Positions 1 through 11,402 of a stretch of DNA of 64,000 nucleotides are shown here, piece after piece. A program made the translations under genes and the position numbers. The DNA is taken from contig CBDBGH010000003.1 in assembly GCA_965205265.1 (NCBI GenBank), positions 4,256,001 to 4,320,000 on the forward strand, given 5' to 3'. The DNA is from Alphaproteobacteria bacterium (GTDB lineage Bacteria > Pseudomonadota > Alphaproteobacteria > Bin95). Below the pieces are notes generated by a model. It saw nothing but the letters and a program-made list of their open reading frames with translations. It was not told the origin of the DNA and searched no databases. Each line of letters starts with the position of its first letter. The stretch's first letter is position 1.

Positions 1-218
1 AGGCCGACGCCCCAGGACTGGAGCAGCCAGGTCGCGAGGATAGTCGCCATGGCGCCGAAGGCCATGAGGTCGCCATGGGCGAGATTGGCGAAGCGCAATA
101 TGCCGAAGACGAGCGTGATCCCGAGCGCGCCGAGCGCAAGCTGGGCGGCATAGGCGAGCCCCGGCACGACGACATAGTTGCCGAGCAGGACGGCTGCGTT
201 CACGAGGTCGGCCGGCAC
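1..218 (-). CDS. livH: Branched-chain amino acid ABC transporter permease (5' part; runs off window)
   Basis: Read manually on the minus strand from GTG at 218: MPADLVNAAVLLGNYVVVPGLAYAAQLALGALGITLVFGILRFANLAHGDLMAFG. Contains the LivH 'N-x-AHG' motif and follows livF. Confidence 0.8.
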   Translation of the reverse strand, partial: MPADLVNAAVLLGNYVVVPGLAYAAQLALGALGITLVFGILRFANLAHGDLMAFGAMATILATWLLQSWGVG

Positions 219-221
219 CGC

Positions 222-926
222 TCAGCCTCCGAGGAAGGACCGGCGCACTTCCGGATTGGCAAGCAGCGCGGCACCGGTGTCGGTGAAGCGGTTCTCGCCG
301 GTGACCAGCACATAGCCCCGGTCGGCGATGGCGAGCGCCTGGCGGGCGTTCTGCTCGGCCATCAATACGGCGATGCCGGCGCTGCGGATTTCCAGCATGC
401 GCTGGAACAGGTCGTCCATCACGATGGGCGAGACGCCGGCCGTCGGCTCGTCCAGCATCAGCACGGCGGGCTCGGTCATCAGCGCACGGCCGACGGCCAC
501 CTGCTGGCGCTGGCCGCCGGAGAGTTCGCCTGCCGGACGGTCCCGGTTCTCCCGGACCGCCGGGAAGAGGTCGAAGACCCGTTCCATGGTTTCCCCGATG
601 CCGTCGCGCCGGAGGAACGCACCCATCTCCAGGTTTTCGCGCACCGTCAGGGTTGCGAACACATTGTCGGTCTGCGGCACGAAGGCCATGCCGCGCCCGA
701 CCCTGTCCTGGGGCGAGAAGCCGGTGATGTCCTCGCCGCCGAGCCGCACCGCGCCGGAGCGGAGCCGCACCATGCCGAGCAGCGCCTTCATGGCCGTGGA
801 CTTGCCCGCCCCGTTCGGGCCGACGATGACGGCGATCTCGCCGCGTTCCACGGCGACGGCGCAGCCGCGGATGATGTCGGCCCCGCCATAGCCGCCGGTC
901 ATGGCGTCGCCTTCGAGGAAGCTCAC
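222..926 (-). CDS. livF: Branched-chain amino acid ABC transporter ATP-binding protein
   Basis: Walker A GPNGAGKS, signature LSGGQRQ, Walker B LMLDEP, EQNA motif; 234 aa. Confidence 0.9.
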   Translation of the reverse strand: MSFLEGDAMTGGYGGADIIRGCAVAVERGEIAVIVGPNGAGKSTAMKALLGMVRLRSGAVRLGGEDITGFSPQDRVGRGMAFVPQTDNVFATLTVRENLEMGAFLRRDGIGETMERVFDLFPAVRENRDRPAGELSGGQRQQVAVGRALMTEPAVLMLDEPTAGVSPIVMDDLFQRMLEIRSAGIAVLMAEQNARQALAIADRGYVLVTGENRFTDTGAALLANPEVRRSFLGG

Positions 927-1693
927 GGAGCCTCCGCCGCGCCCCGGCCGAGATAGGCCTCGATCACGGCCTCGTCGGCCATGATCCGGTCGGCGGGGCC
1001 CTCTGTCAGAACGCGACCTTCCACCATCACGATCACCGGGTCGCAGAGCCGCGAGATGAAGTCCATGTCGTGCTCGATCATGCAGAAGGTATAGCCGCGC
1101 TCCAGGTTCAGCCGCAGGATGGACTCGGTAATCCGGCCAAGCAGCGTGCGGTTGACGCCGGCGCCGGCCTCGTCCAGCAGCACGACCCGGGCATCGACCA
1201 TCATCGTACGCCCGAGCTCCAGCAGCTTCTTCTGGCCGCCCGAGAGGTTGCCGGCCAACTCGTCGGCGACCGGGCCGAGGCCGAGGAAGTCGATCACCTC
1301 ATCGGCCTTCTCGCGGTTCGCATGCTCTTCCTCACGGACCGCGCCGGGCTGGAGCCATGCGCCGAGCAGGCTCTCCCCGGTCTGGCGCGCGGGCACAGTC
1401 ATCAGGTTCTCGCGGAGCGTGAGCGTGGAGAACTCGTGCGCGATCTGGAAGGTCCGGAGCAGGCCGCGATGGAACAGGTCGTGCGGCCTGAGGCCGGTGA
1501 TCTCCTCCCCGCCGAGGAAGATGCACCCGGCATCGGGCGCGAGCACGCCTGCGATCAGGTTGAAAAGCGTGGTCTTGCCCGCGCCGTTCGGGCCGATCAG
1601 CCCGGTGATCGAGCCCTCGGCGATCTCGAGGCTCGCGCCGTCCACCGCCGCCACACCGCCGAAGCGCTTCGAGACCCCGGCAACGCGGATCAT
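923..1693 (-). CDS. livG: Branched-chain amino acid ABC transporter ATP-binding protein
   Basis: GPNGAGKTT, LSGGQKK, LLDE, IEHDM and C-terminal 'VIEAYLG'; 4-nt overlap with livF. Confidence 0.9.
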   Translation of the reverse strand: MIRVAGVSKRFGGVAAVDGASLEIAEGSITGLIGPNGAGKTTLFNLIAGVLAPDAGCIFLGGEEITGLRPHDLFHRGLLRTFQIAHEFSTLTLRENLMTVPARQTGESLLGAWLQPGAVREEEHANREKADEVIDFLGLGPVADELAGNLSGGQKKLLELGRTMMVDARVVLLDEAGAGVNRTLLGRITESILRLNLERGYTFCMIEHDMDFISRLCDPVIVMVEGRVLTEGPADRIMADEAVIEAYLGRGAAEAP

Positions 1694-1771
1694 CGCAGTT
1701 GCGCCGCTTCGGGACGCCGGGGAAGGGAAGGCCGGGCAGCGGGCATGGGAGCCGCGCCGCCCGTCCCGTCG

Positions 1772-2956
1772 TCAGCGATACCTGACGGTCGCGATCTTGC
1801 CGTCCTCGATGGCGATCTCACGGTAGTTGCCGGCGCTTTCGCCCTGGCCGATCAGCTCGACCGCGGACGCGCCGACATAGTCCACATCGCCGCCGCCGGC
1901 GATGATTTCGAGCGCCTTGGCGAGCTCGCCCGGATGGATTTTCTCGCCGGGCGCGTTGGCGACCGCCATCACATGGTCCTTGAGCTTGCCGCTGTCGGCG
2001 GAGCCGGCGGCCTGCATGGCCAGCATGATGAGGGCTGCGGCGTCATAGGCCTCGCCCGTGAACGGGCCGGCCTTGAAGCCCGCGGCGCCCGCCATGTCGG
2101 CGAAGGTCGCGGCCCCGGTGCTGTCCGTGCCCGGAACCGTCCCGAAGGAGCCGTTCAGGTCCGCGCCGATGGCCTCGACCAGGCTCTCGCCGATCATGCC
2201 GTCCGGCAGCAGGAAGGTCTCGAAGGCGCCGGTGTCGAGCGCGCCCTGGATGATGCCCTTGCCGCCCTGGTCGAGATAGCCGGCGACCACGAGCACATCC
2301 CCGCCCGCGGCGGCGAGCGCGGCGACCTCGGCCGCATAGTCGCCCTTGCCGTCCTCATGCGCGGCCTCGATGGTCACGGTTCCGCCCATCGCCTTGAAAT
2401 TGGTGGCGACGCTGTCGGCGAGGCCCTTGCCGTAGTCGTTGTTGGTGTAGGTGATGGCGACGGTCCCGACGCCGCGCTCCTTCAGCACCTCGGAAATCAC
2501 CTGGCCCTGGCGGGCGTCGGACGGGGCGGTGCGGAAGAACAGGCCGTTGTCCTCCAGCGTCGAGAGCGCCGGCGAGGTGGCCGACGGCGAGATCATCACC
2601 ACGCCGTTCGGCATGGCGACATTCTGCAATATGGCCGTGGTCACACCCGAGCAGTCGCCGCCGACGATGGCGTTCACCCGGTCGGCGGTAATCAGCCGCT
2701 CCGCCGCCGCGCTCGCCGCCGCGGCATCGATGCAGGTGGTGTCGCCGCGCACCGGCGTCACCGAAGCGCCGCCGAGCAGGGCCTTGCTGTCATTGACTTC
2801 CTTGATCGCGAGTTCCGCGCCCGCCGCCATGTCCGGCGCCAGCGATTCGATAGGCCCGGTAAAGCCCACCATCACCCCGATCCTGATTTCGTTGTCCGCG
2901 GCCTGGACCGAAGTGACCGCCATCGCGGCCGCCAGGGCGATGATAATCCTGCGCAT
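1772..2956 (-). CDS. ABC transporter periplasmic substrate-binding protein (LivJ/K-like)
   Basis: Signal peptide MRRIIIALAAAMAV with RBS GGGAGGA; motifs SPSATSP, FFRTAPSD, NNDYGKG. Start reassigned to the ATG at 2956. Confidence 0.88.
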   Translation of the reverse strand: MRRIIIALAAAMAVTSVQAADNEIRIGVMVGFTGPIESLAPDMAAGAELAIKEVNDSKALLGGASVTPVRGDTTCIDAAAASAAAERLITADRVNAIVGGDCSGVTTAILQNVAMPNGVVMISPSATSPALSTLEDNGLFFRTAPSDARQGQVISEVLKERGVGTVAITYTNNDYGKGLADSVATNFKAMGGTVTIEAAHEDGKGDYAAEVAALAAAGGDVLVVAGYLDQGGKGIIQGALDTGAFETFLLPDGMIGESLVEAIGADLNGSFGTVPGTDSTGAATFADMAGAAGFKAGPFTGEAYDAAALIMLAMQAAGSADSGKLKDHVMAVANAPGEKIHPGELAKALEIIAGGGDVDYVGASAVELIGQGESAGNYREIAIEDGKIATVRYR

Positions 2957-3100
2957 AGCGTCCTCCCTTGAAAAACCGGGCGGCGCCGGACTCCGCGCAC
3001 CGGCGGGAACGGACCGCCCGAACACCTGTTTCCAGTGTAGGTTATCGGGTTGCGCCCGGCAATTGAGGAGGCGAGTTGTCCGCATGGCTCGAACGCGACC

Positions 3101-3646
3101 GTGATCCGCATTGTCGGCGGGCGCTGGCGGGGGCGCCGCCTTGCCGTGCCGGCGGACCGCTCCGTGCGCCCGACCGCCGAACGGGTGCGCGAGGCGGCGT
3201 TCAACCGCCTCCTCCATGCCGGGCTCGGGCCCCCGCTCGAGGGCGCGGCCTTCCTCGATGTCTTCGCCGGCACGGGCGCGGTCGGGCTGGAAGCGCTCTC
3301 GCGCGGTGCGGCGCGGGCGTCCTTCATCGAGAGCGACCCGGCGGCGCTCGCCCTGCTCCGCGGCAATGTCGGCGAAGAGGGAACAATCCATGTCCGCGAC
3401 GCCGCCTCGCCGGGGCCCGCGCCCGCGGCCCATGACATCGCCTGGCTGGACCCGCCCTGGGGCTCGGGGCTGGCCGCGCCGGCGCTCGCCGCGCTCGGGC
3501 GCGAGGGCTGGTTCCGGTCGGGCGCGCTGGCCATCGTCGAGAGCGCGCATGACGACGCCCCGGACCTGCCCGGCCTCATCGACCGCCGCCGCTACGGCCG
3601 CACCGCGCTCGCCTTCTTGCGCGTTCCGCCGGCCGAAGCCGGCTAG
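3101..3646 (+). CDS. rsmD: 16S rRNA m2G966 methyltransferase
   Basis: IRIVGGRWRGRRL, RPT..RVREA.FN, LDVFAGTGAVGLEALSRGA, DPPW, RRYG; GTG start at 3101. Confidence 0.9.
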   Translation: MIRIVGGRWRGRRLAVPADRSVRPTAERVREAAFNRLLHAGLGPPLEGAAFLDVFAGTGAVGLEALSRGAARASFIESDPAALALLRGNVGEEGTIHVRDAASPGPAPAAHDIAWLDPPWGSGLAAPALAALGREGWFRSGALAIVESAHDDAPDLPGLIDRRRYGRTALAFLRVPPAEAG

Positions 3647-3948
3647 CCGGTGGTCGCTTTGAGAGTCGGTATCCCGGAAACGTCCACGCTCCGCTCCGCA
3701 AGCGCCAGGTCGTATATGCGTTGCAGATTGATCCAGAAGCCGGCGCCGTTGCCGAACAACTTGCCGAAACGAACCGCCATTTCGGCGGTTACCGGCTGCT
3801 TCTCGTTGAGGATGTCGTAGAGGGTCTGACGGGAAATCCCCAACGCCGCCGCAACGGCCGTCTTGCTCATGGAAAGCGCGGGCAGGATGTCTTCGCGCAG
3901 GATTTCTCCGGGATGGACCGGTTCTATGGAAGAGTGCCTCTCCATCAT
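3643..3948 (-). CDS. higA: HigA-family antitoxin (XRE helix-turn-helix)
   Basis: HPGEILREDIL...LGISRQTL..ILNEKQPVTAEMAVR...FWINLQ; ATGA overlap with higB. Confidence 0.9.
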   Translation of the reverse strand: MMERHSSIEPVHPGEILREDILPALSMSKTAVAAALGISRQTLYDILNEKQPVTAEMAVRFGKLFGNGAGFWINLQRIYDLALAERSVDVSGIPTLKATTG

Positions 3949-4226
3949 CGATGATAGTCCTCTATGTCCACATCCGTCGCGCCGTCGTCGTCCCAACCGA
4001 AGGTGACCCGGAAGTTGGCTGTAAGACGAACGGAGTATCGGCCTGCGCGGTCGCCTTTCAGGGAATGGAAGTAGGAACCCGGATAGTTCATTTGCTCGGG
4101 CCTCTCGGCTGCCTCCAACGCAAAGAGGATTCGACGCAGTTTCCGCCTCCACTCCGCATTCAACCCCCTCGTTTCGCCCTTGGTCCAGTAGTTCCGCAGC
4201 GCCTTGTGCCGGATGTTTCCGATCAT
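3945..4226 (-). CDS. higB: HigB-family (RelE/ParE superfamily) toxin
   Basis: MIGNIRHKALR...FHSLKGDRAGRYSVRLTANFRVTF...VDIEDYH; toxin lies upstream of the antitoxin, as in higBA. Confidence 0.9.
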   Translation of the reverse strand: MIGNIRHKALRNYWTKGETRGLNAEWRRKLRRILFALEAAERPEQMNYPGSYFHSLKGDRAGRYSVRLTANFRVTFGWDDDGATDVDIEDYHR

Positions 4227-4368
4227 CGAGGCAGGCTGTATGCGCGCGGCTCGTTTGTCAAGAATCGGCTTACAATCCCGGGCGGCCGGCCCGCGACCTC
4301 GCCCGCCTGCTTGCGCTTTTCGGCCCTTCCGCCTAACAGGGAGGGGCGAGACTGAGGGGGTGGGGTTC

Positions 4369-4590
4369 ATGGCGGCGGTGCCAGTGCTGTCCGAGATACC
4401 GGGCACGGTGTTCAAGATCGAGGCCGGGGTCGGCGACGAGGTGGCGGAGGAGGATCCGGTGGTCATCCTGGAGTCGATGAAGATGGAGATTCCGGTGGGC
4501 GCGCCCGCGGCGGGCCGGGTTGCCGAGATTCTGGTCGAGGAGGGCGAGGCGGTCGAGGAAGGCCAGGAAGTCGCCGTCATCGAGGCCTGA
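4369..4590 (+). CDS. Stand-alone biotin/lipoyl-binding carrier protein
   Basis: 73 aa with biotinylation motif ESMKME. Confidence 0.85.
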   Translation: MAAVPVLSEIPGTVFKIEAGVGDEVAEEDPVVILESMKMEIPVGAPAAGRVAEILVEEGEAVEEGQEVAVIEA

Positions 4591-4603
4591 GGCAGCGAAT
4601 TCC

Positions 4604-6577
<1,974 letters not shown>

Positions 6578-6603
6578 CGCGGCGCGGAAAAGGGAGAGTC
6601 GTC

Positions 6604-7071
6604 ATGCCGGAAGACCACCGCAGTTTCATGGGCCTGGCGCTGGAGGAAGCCGAACGGGGCGAGGCCGAGGGCAATGTCCCGGTCGGCTCCGTCATCGTGC
6701 GGGGCGGCGCGGTCATCGGGCGCGGGCGCAACCGCGTCGCGTCCGACCGCGACCCGACCTGCCATGCCGAGGTGGACGCGCTCCGGGACGCCTGCCGCAA
6801 TGTCGACAGCGCCGACTTATCGGGCGCCGCCTGCTACACCACGATGGAGCCCTGCCCGATGTGCTGCTGGGCGCTGCAGGAGGCGAAGGTCGCCACGCTG
6901 GTGCTGGGCGCGCGCCATGCGGAGATGCGCCGCACGGACTATGGCGGCTACAGCGTCGAGGCGCTGCTGGCGCTGACCGGGCGCCCGATGGAGATCGTCA
7001 CCGGCGTGCGCACGGCGGAATGCGAGGCCATACGCCGGAACTGGACCGGCCGGGCGGAACCGGAGGCCTGA
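6604..7071 (+). CDS. Nucleoside/nucleotide deaminase (TadA/guanine deaminase-like)
   Basis: Zn-binding motifs HAE...EPCPMC. Confidence 0.85.
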   Translation: MPEDHRSFMGLALEEAERGEAEGNVPVGSVIVRGGAVIGRGRNRVASDRDPTCHAEVDALRDACRNVDSADLSGAACYTTMEPCPMCCWALQEAKVATLVLGARHAEMRRTDYGGYSVEALLALTGRPMEIVTGVRTAECEAIRRNWTGRAEPEA

Positions 7072-7103
7072 ACGGCGCGCGCCCGGGCAGGAAGGAGGCA
7101 GAG

Positions 7104-7952
7104 ATGGAGACGGGAAACGGCGAACTGTTCGCCGTGCTGGGCGAGCAGCGCTACCGGATCGACCGGCCCTGGGGCCGCTGGCCGGAGCATATTCCGGTCG
7201 GCATCATCAGCAAATGCGCCGTCGATGCCGAAGGCAATCTCTATGTCTGCCAGCGGCGCTCGACCCCGGTGCTGGTGTTCGATGCGCAGGGCAATTTCGT
7301 CAGAAGCTGGGGCGACGGCGAGATCGCCGACCCGCACGGCATCGCGGCGGCTCCGGACGGGCGCATCCTGGTCGTGGACCGGGACGCGCACCAGGTGCTC
7401 GTATTCGACGCGGAAGGCAGGCTGCTGCTGGCGCTGGGCGAGCGGCACCGCCCGCGCACGCAGGCGCCCTTCAACCACCCGACCGATGTCGCGGTCGGGC
7501 CGGACGGCGGCCTCTATGTGTCCGACGGCTACGGCAACACCATGGTCCACCGCTTCGCGCCCGACGGCGCGCATCTGGCGAGCTGGGGCGGGCGGGGCAG
7601 CGGCCCCGGCGAGTTCACCACGCCGCACGGCATCGGCGTGCTCGGCGACGGGCGCGTGCTGGTGGGAGACCGGGAGAACAACCGCGTGCAGGTCTTCTCG
7701 CCCGAGGGCGGCCACCTTGCGGACTTCGGCCCTTTCTACAAGCCGATGGACATCCATATCGACGGCGGGGAGCGGATTTTCGTCACGGACCAGGTCCCGC
7801 GCGTGACCGCGCTCGGCCCCGACGGGACGATCTTCGGAAGCTGCAAGCCGGTCGCGGTCATGCCGCACGGGGTCGCCGGCGCGGCAGACGGGACGCTCTA
7901 TTTCGTCGAGACCCACACCACCGTCATCACCCGCCTCGCCCCCGTCGGCTGA
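7104..7952 (+). CDS. NHL-repeat beta-propeller protein (peptidyl-alpha-hydroxyglycine lyase-like)
   Basis: Repeated PHGI/PTDVAV...YVSDGYGN and GPGEFTTPHGI...DRENNRVQVF; RBS GGAGG. Confidence 0.85.
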   Translation: METGNGELFAVLGEQRYRIDRPWGRWPEHIPVGIISKCAVDAEGNLYVCQRRSTPVLVFDAQGNFVRSWGDGEIADPHGIAAAPDGRILVVDRDAHQVLVFDAEGRLLLALGERHRPRTQAPFNHPTDVAVGPDGGLYVSDGYGNTMVHRFAPDGAHLASWGGRGSGPGEFTTPHGIGVLGDGRVLVGDRENNRVQVFSPEGGHLADFGPFYKPMDIHIDGGERIFVTDQVPRVTALGPDGTIFGSCKPVAVMPHGVAGAADGTLYFVETHTTVITRLAPVG

Positions 7953-7961
7953 GGCGGCTGA

Positions 7962-9137
7962 CTACCCCGCGGCGCGGAGTCTGGCGAAGCCGGCTTCGAG
8001 GTCGGCGATCAGGTCTTCCGGGTCTTCCAGGCCGATATGCAGGCGGAGCAGCGGGCCGGCGGGGTTCCAGACCGTCGCCGTGCGCCAGGCCGAGGGGTCG
8101 CTCGGCACGATCAGGCTCTCGAAGCCGCCCCAGCTCGATCCCATGCCGAACAGTTCCAGCCCGTCCAGCATCGCCGCCACCGCCTCCGGCCCCGCAGGGT
8201 TGAGCAGCAGGCCGAACAGGCCGGACGCCCCGGTGAAGTCCCGCTTCCAGATCGCGTGGCCCGGATCGTCGGGCAGCGCGGGGTAGAGCACCCGCTCGAC
8301 CTCCGGCCGGCCCTGCAGCCAGGTCGCGACCCGCATCGCGTTCTCCTGATGGCGGGCGAGGCGCACGCTCATCGTGCGGATGCCGCGCGTGCCGAGATAG
8401 ATGTCGTCGGGGCCGGCGCAGAGGCCGGTCATGTTCCACCAGGCCCGCACCAGTTCGAGGCTCTCCGCATCGCGGCAGGTGACGACGCCCAGCATCGCGT
8501 CGGAATGGCCGACGATATATTTGGTCGCGGCGTGGATGGAGATGTCTACGCCATGGTCGAAGGGCTTGAAATAGAGCGGCGTCGCCCAGGTGTTGTCGAT
8601 CGCGACGCGCGCGCCATGGGCATGGGCCGCCTCGGCGATGGCCGGCACGTCCTGCATCTCGAAGGTCTGCGAGCCGGGCGCCTCCAGATAGACCAGCTTC
8701 GTCTCCGGGCGCATGAGTTCTGCGATGCCGGCGCCGATGCCGGGGTCGAAGAAGGTCGCCCCGATGCCGTGGCGCGGCAGCGCCTCGGTGGCGTAGCGCC
8801 TTGCCGGGGCATAGACGCAGTCCGCCACCAGCACATGGTCGCCGGCCGACAGCATGGAGGAATAGCCGAGCGCGACCGCCGCCATGCCGGAGGGGCAGAT
8901 GACCGCGCCGTGCGCGCCCTCGATCTCCGCCACCACGTCCTCCAGGGTGAACATGGTGGGCGTGCCGCGCCGTCCGTAGGCCGAGTCGCGCGGGCCCTTC
9001 GGCGCAAGCCGCTCGGCCACCGTGCGGGAGAGGATCGTCGAGGCGCGGAAGACCGGCGTGTTGACGACACCGAAGAAGTCGTGCGGATGGCGCCCCGCAT
9101 GCGTGAGCACCGTGTCCGGGCGTTTTCCCTCTGTCAT
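7962..9137 (-). CDS. metC: Cystathionine beta-lyase
   Basis: VNTPVFRAST, YGRRGTPT, DNTWATP, PLP lysine in AATKYIVGHSD, SWGGFESL. Confidence 0.92.
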   Translation of the reverse strand: MTEGKRPDTVLTHAGRHPHDFFGVVNTPVFRASTILSRTVAERLAPKGPRDSAYGRRGTPTMFTLEDVVAEIEGAHGAVICPSGMAAVALGYSSMLSAGDHVLVADCVYAPARRYATEALPRHGIGATFFDPGIGAGIAELMRPETKLVYLEAPGSQTFEMQDVPAIAEAAHAHGARVAIDNTWATPLYFKPFDHGVDISIHAATKYIVGHSDAMLGVVTCRDAESLELVRAWWNMTGLCAGPDDIYLGTRGIRTMSVRLARHQENAMRVATWLQGRPEVERVLYPALPDDPGHAIWKRDFTGASGLFGLLLNPAGPEAVAAMLDGLELFGMGSSWGGFESLIVPSDPSAWRTATVWNPAGPLLRLHIGLEDPEDLIADLEAGFARLRAAG

Positions 9138-9952
9138 GGTTCTACCGGCGTGTCCTCTCGCGATCCCCATTCGCTCCACGAGCCGTCATAGACGGCCGCA
9201 TCGGTGCGTCCCAGTTCGTAGAGCCCGAGCGCCAGCACGGCGGCCGTGACCCCGGACCCGCAGGTCGTCGCCACGGGCTTCTCCAGGTCCAGCCCCGCCG
9301 CCTCGAAGGCCGCCCGGAGCGCCGCCCGGTCCCGGAAGGTGCGGCTCTCCGGGTCCAGGATCTCCGTATAGGGCAGGTTGAGGCTGCCGGGGATATGGCC
9401 GCTGCGCATGCCGGCCCTCGGCTCCGGCTCCGTGCCGTGGAAGCGCCCGGCGCTGCGCGCATCCAGCACCTGCTCGGCCCGGCTTTCGATATTGGCCAGC
9501 ATGTCCGAGCGCGCCCGCACCAGCGCCGGCCGCGCGCTTGCCGCATAGCCCGCCTCGACCGGACGGCCCTCGGCGCGCCATTTCGGCAGGCCGCCGTCGA
9601 GCACGCGCACGCGCTCATGGCCGAAGGCCCGGAAGGTCCACCAGACGCGCGCCGCGCCCGTGGTGCCGACCGCGTCATAGACCGCGACTTCGTCGTCCCG
9701 CGCGATCCCCATCGCCCCCATGGCGAGCGCGAAACCCTTCTCGTCCGGCAGCATGTGCGGCAGGTCCGAGGTCTTGTCGGCCACGCCGTCTATGTCGAAA
9801 AACCGCGCGCCCGGAATATGCGCCTCCAGGAACTCCGCCCCGGCGTCGCGCCCGGCGGTTGGCAGGTGGTGGCTGCCGTCCAGAACGACGACCTCGCCGA
9901 GCCGCCGGGCCAGCTCCCCGGTGGAAATCAGCGCAGAGATCGGCCCGCTCAT
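9134..9952 (-). CDS. sseA: 3-mercaptopyruvate sulfurtransferase (two-domain rhodanese)
   Basis: HIPGARFFDID, LDGGLPKW, GHIPGS, active site CGSGVTA, YDGSWSEW. Confidence 0.9.
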   Translation of the reverse strand: MSGPISALISTGELARRLGEVVVLDGSHHLPTAGRDAGAEFLEAHIPGARFFDIDGVADKTSDLPHMLPDEKGFALAMGAMGIARDDEVAVYDAVGTTGAARVWWTFRAFGHERVRVLDGGLPKWRAEGRPVEAGYAASARPALVRARSDMLANIESRAEQVLDARSAGRFHGTEPEPRAGMRSGHIPGSLNLPYTEILDPESRTFRDRAALRAAFEAAGLDLEKPVATTCGSGVTAAVLALGLYELGRTDAAVYDGSWSEWGSREDTPVEP

Positions 9953-10665
9953 GCGCCCTCCTCCTCCAGATGGACATTGATGCGCCGGTTGCGCCGGCCC
10001 TTCTTCTCGATCTTGCCGATGCGCACGCGCCCGATCTCGCCCGTCCGCGCGACATGGGTGCCGCCGCAGGGCTGGAGGTCCACGCCGGCACCGATCTCCA
10101 GCACGCGCACCCACCCGGCCCCGCGCGGCGGCTGCACCGACATGGTGCGCACCAGCTCCGGATTGGCGTCGAGCTCGGCCTCGTCGATCCAGCGCGGGAC
10201 GACCGGATGGTCCGCTGCGATCAGCGCGTTCAGCGCCTCGCCCAGCGCCTCCTTGTCCAGCACCGGGTCCGGCAGGTCGAAATCGAGCCGGCTCTTCGAC
10301 TCGCCGACCGAGCCGCCGGTCACGCCTCCCTCTACCACGGCGGAGAGCAGGTGCAGGCAGGTGTGCATGCGCATGTGCCGGTAGCGCCGCTCCCAGTCGA
10401 TCTCGACCCTGACCTTCGCCCCGACGGGGGGCGGCGCTATGCCCTCCGGGAGGGGGTGGAGGATAGAGTCCCCCTCGCCCTTCGCCGCCGGCAGCACGGC
10501 GAAGACCGCGCCGCTTTCGTCCACCAGCCGGCCGGTATCGCCCGGCTGGCCGCCGCCGGTCGGGTAGAACACGGTGCGGTCGAGCGTAACGCCGGCCGGC
10601 CCTGCGGCCGTCACCGCGGCGTCGCAGACCCGCGCATAGGCGTCGTCGCGGAAGACGAGTTCCAT
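9949..10665 (-). CDS. alaX: Alanyl-tRNA editing protein (AlaX-M)
   Basis: LDRTVFYPTGGGQPGD, HMRMHTCLHLL, CGGTHV. Confidence 0.9.
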   Translation of the reverse strand: MELVFRDDAYARVCDAAVTAAGPAGVTLDRTVFYPTGGGQPGDTGRLVDESGAVFAVLPAAKGEGDSILHPLPEGIAPPPVGAKVRVEIDWERRYRHMRMHTCLHLLSAVVEGGVTGGSVGESKSRLDFDLPDPVLDKEALGEALNALIAADHPVVPRWIDEAELDANPELVRTMSVQPPRGAGWVRVLEIGAGVDLQPCGGTHVARTGEIGRVRIGKIEKKGRRNRRINVHLEEEGA

Positions 10666-10844
10666 GGCCCCTCTCTCCGTATCTGGACTCTTCCGCGCCG
10701 GACTATAGGCCCCCCGCCCCGCCCGCACTATCCCGCAGGACGGTCGCCGCATCCTTGCGTCCGCCACCGGCCCGGCAAGGCGGCGCGGATCCCACCGGAA
10801 ATCGATGATCGTTCACTATTTTAGAAAAAATTCATTCCATAGGA

Positions 10845-10873
10845 TTGACATGGGGAGGCCGAACAGCCATATG
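10845..10873 (+). promoter_or_regulatory. Putative sigma70 promoter with AT-rich upstream element
   Basis: TTGACA (10845-50), 17-nt spacer, CATATG; preceded by the AT-rich tract TATTTTAGAAAAAATTCATT in a 70% GC context. Confidence 0.45.
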
Positions 10874-11237
10874 AGGGGCCGGAGGAAAGAAGCGGCATCC
10901 GGAGGCCGTTTCGGTTCGCGCCGACGCGAAAAAAGCTCCCGATTCGGCCAACAGGCGAAGTGCGCCCTGTGCCTCGCTCGTGCGCGCGGGCGCATCCGGG
11001 CAATCAGGCGCGCGAACCGCGCCGGCGCGAAACGCCCGCCCGCGGGCGCGGGCGCCCGCGCGCATTACGCGCGAATTCAGGGTCCCGCCGCAGGGGGCAG
11101 GTCGGTGGCAGGGAGGAAGGAACGGAGTGGAACATATCGGAACCCGATGGAGGAACGACATGCAGGATGGTGAAGCCGGGGCCTTGCGCGGCCGGAGCAG
11201 CGCTGCCCGAGGTCCCGGATCGATACTCCGCGCCGGC

Positions 11238-11284
11238 CCTCTCCTCGTCATACCCGGACTTGTTCCGGGTATGACGAGGAGAGG
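11238..11284. repeat. REP-like palindrome (perfect 21-bp stem, 5-nt loop)
   Basis: CCTCTCCTCGTCATACCCGGA-CTTGT-TCCGGGTATGACGAGGAGAGG; the core recurs at 22840-22927. Confidence 0.9.
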
Positions 11285-11402
11285 CGTTCGGGCATGACGG
11301 GGAGAGGGGGCCTGCCTCATGCCCGAAAGGGTCGCTGCCTATGCGCCGCGCGCATGCGGATCATGACATAGCATGACATATCATGACGCGGTGCAGGGGC
11401 GC

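Noticed and set aside
11119-11143. Possible alphaproteobacterial LexA box
   Set aside because: Spacing is GAAC-N6-GAAC, not the canonical N7, so it is not called as an SOS box.
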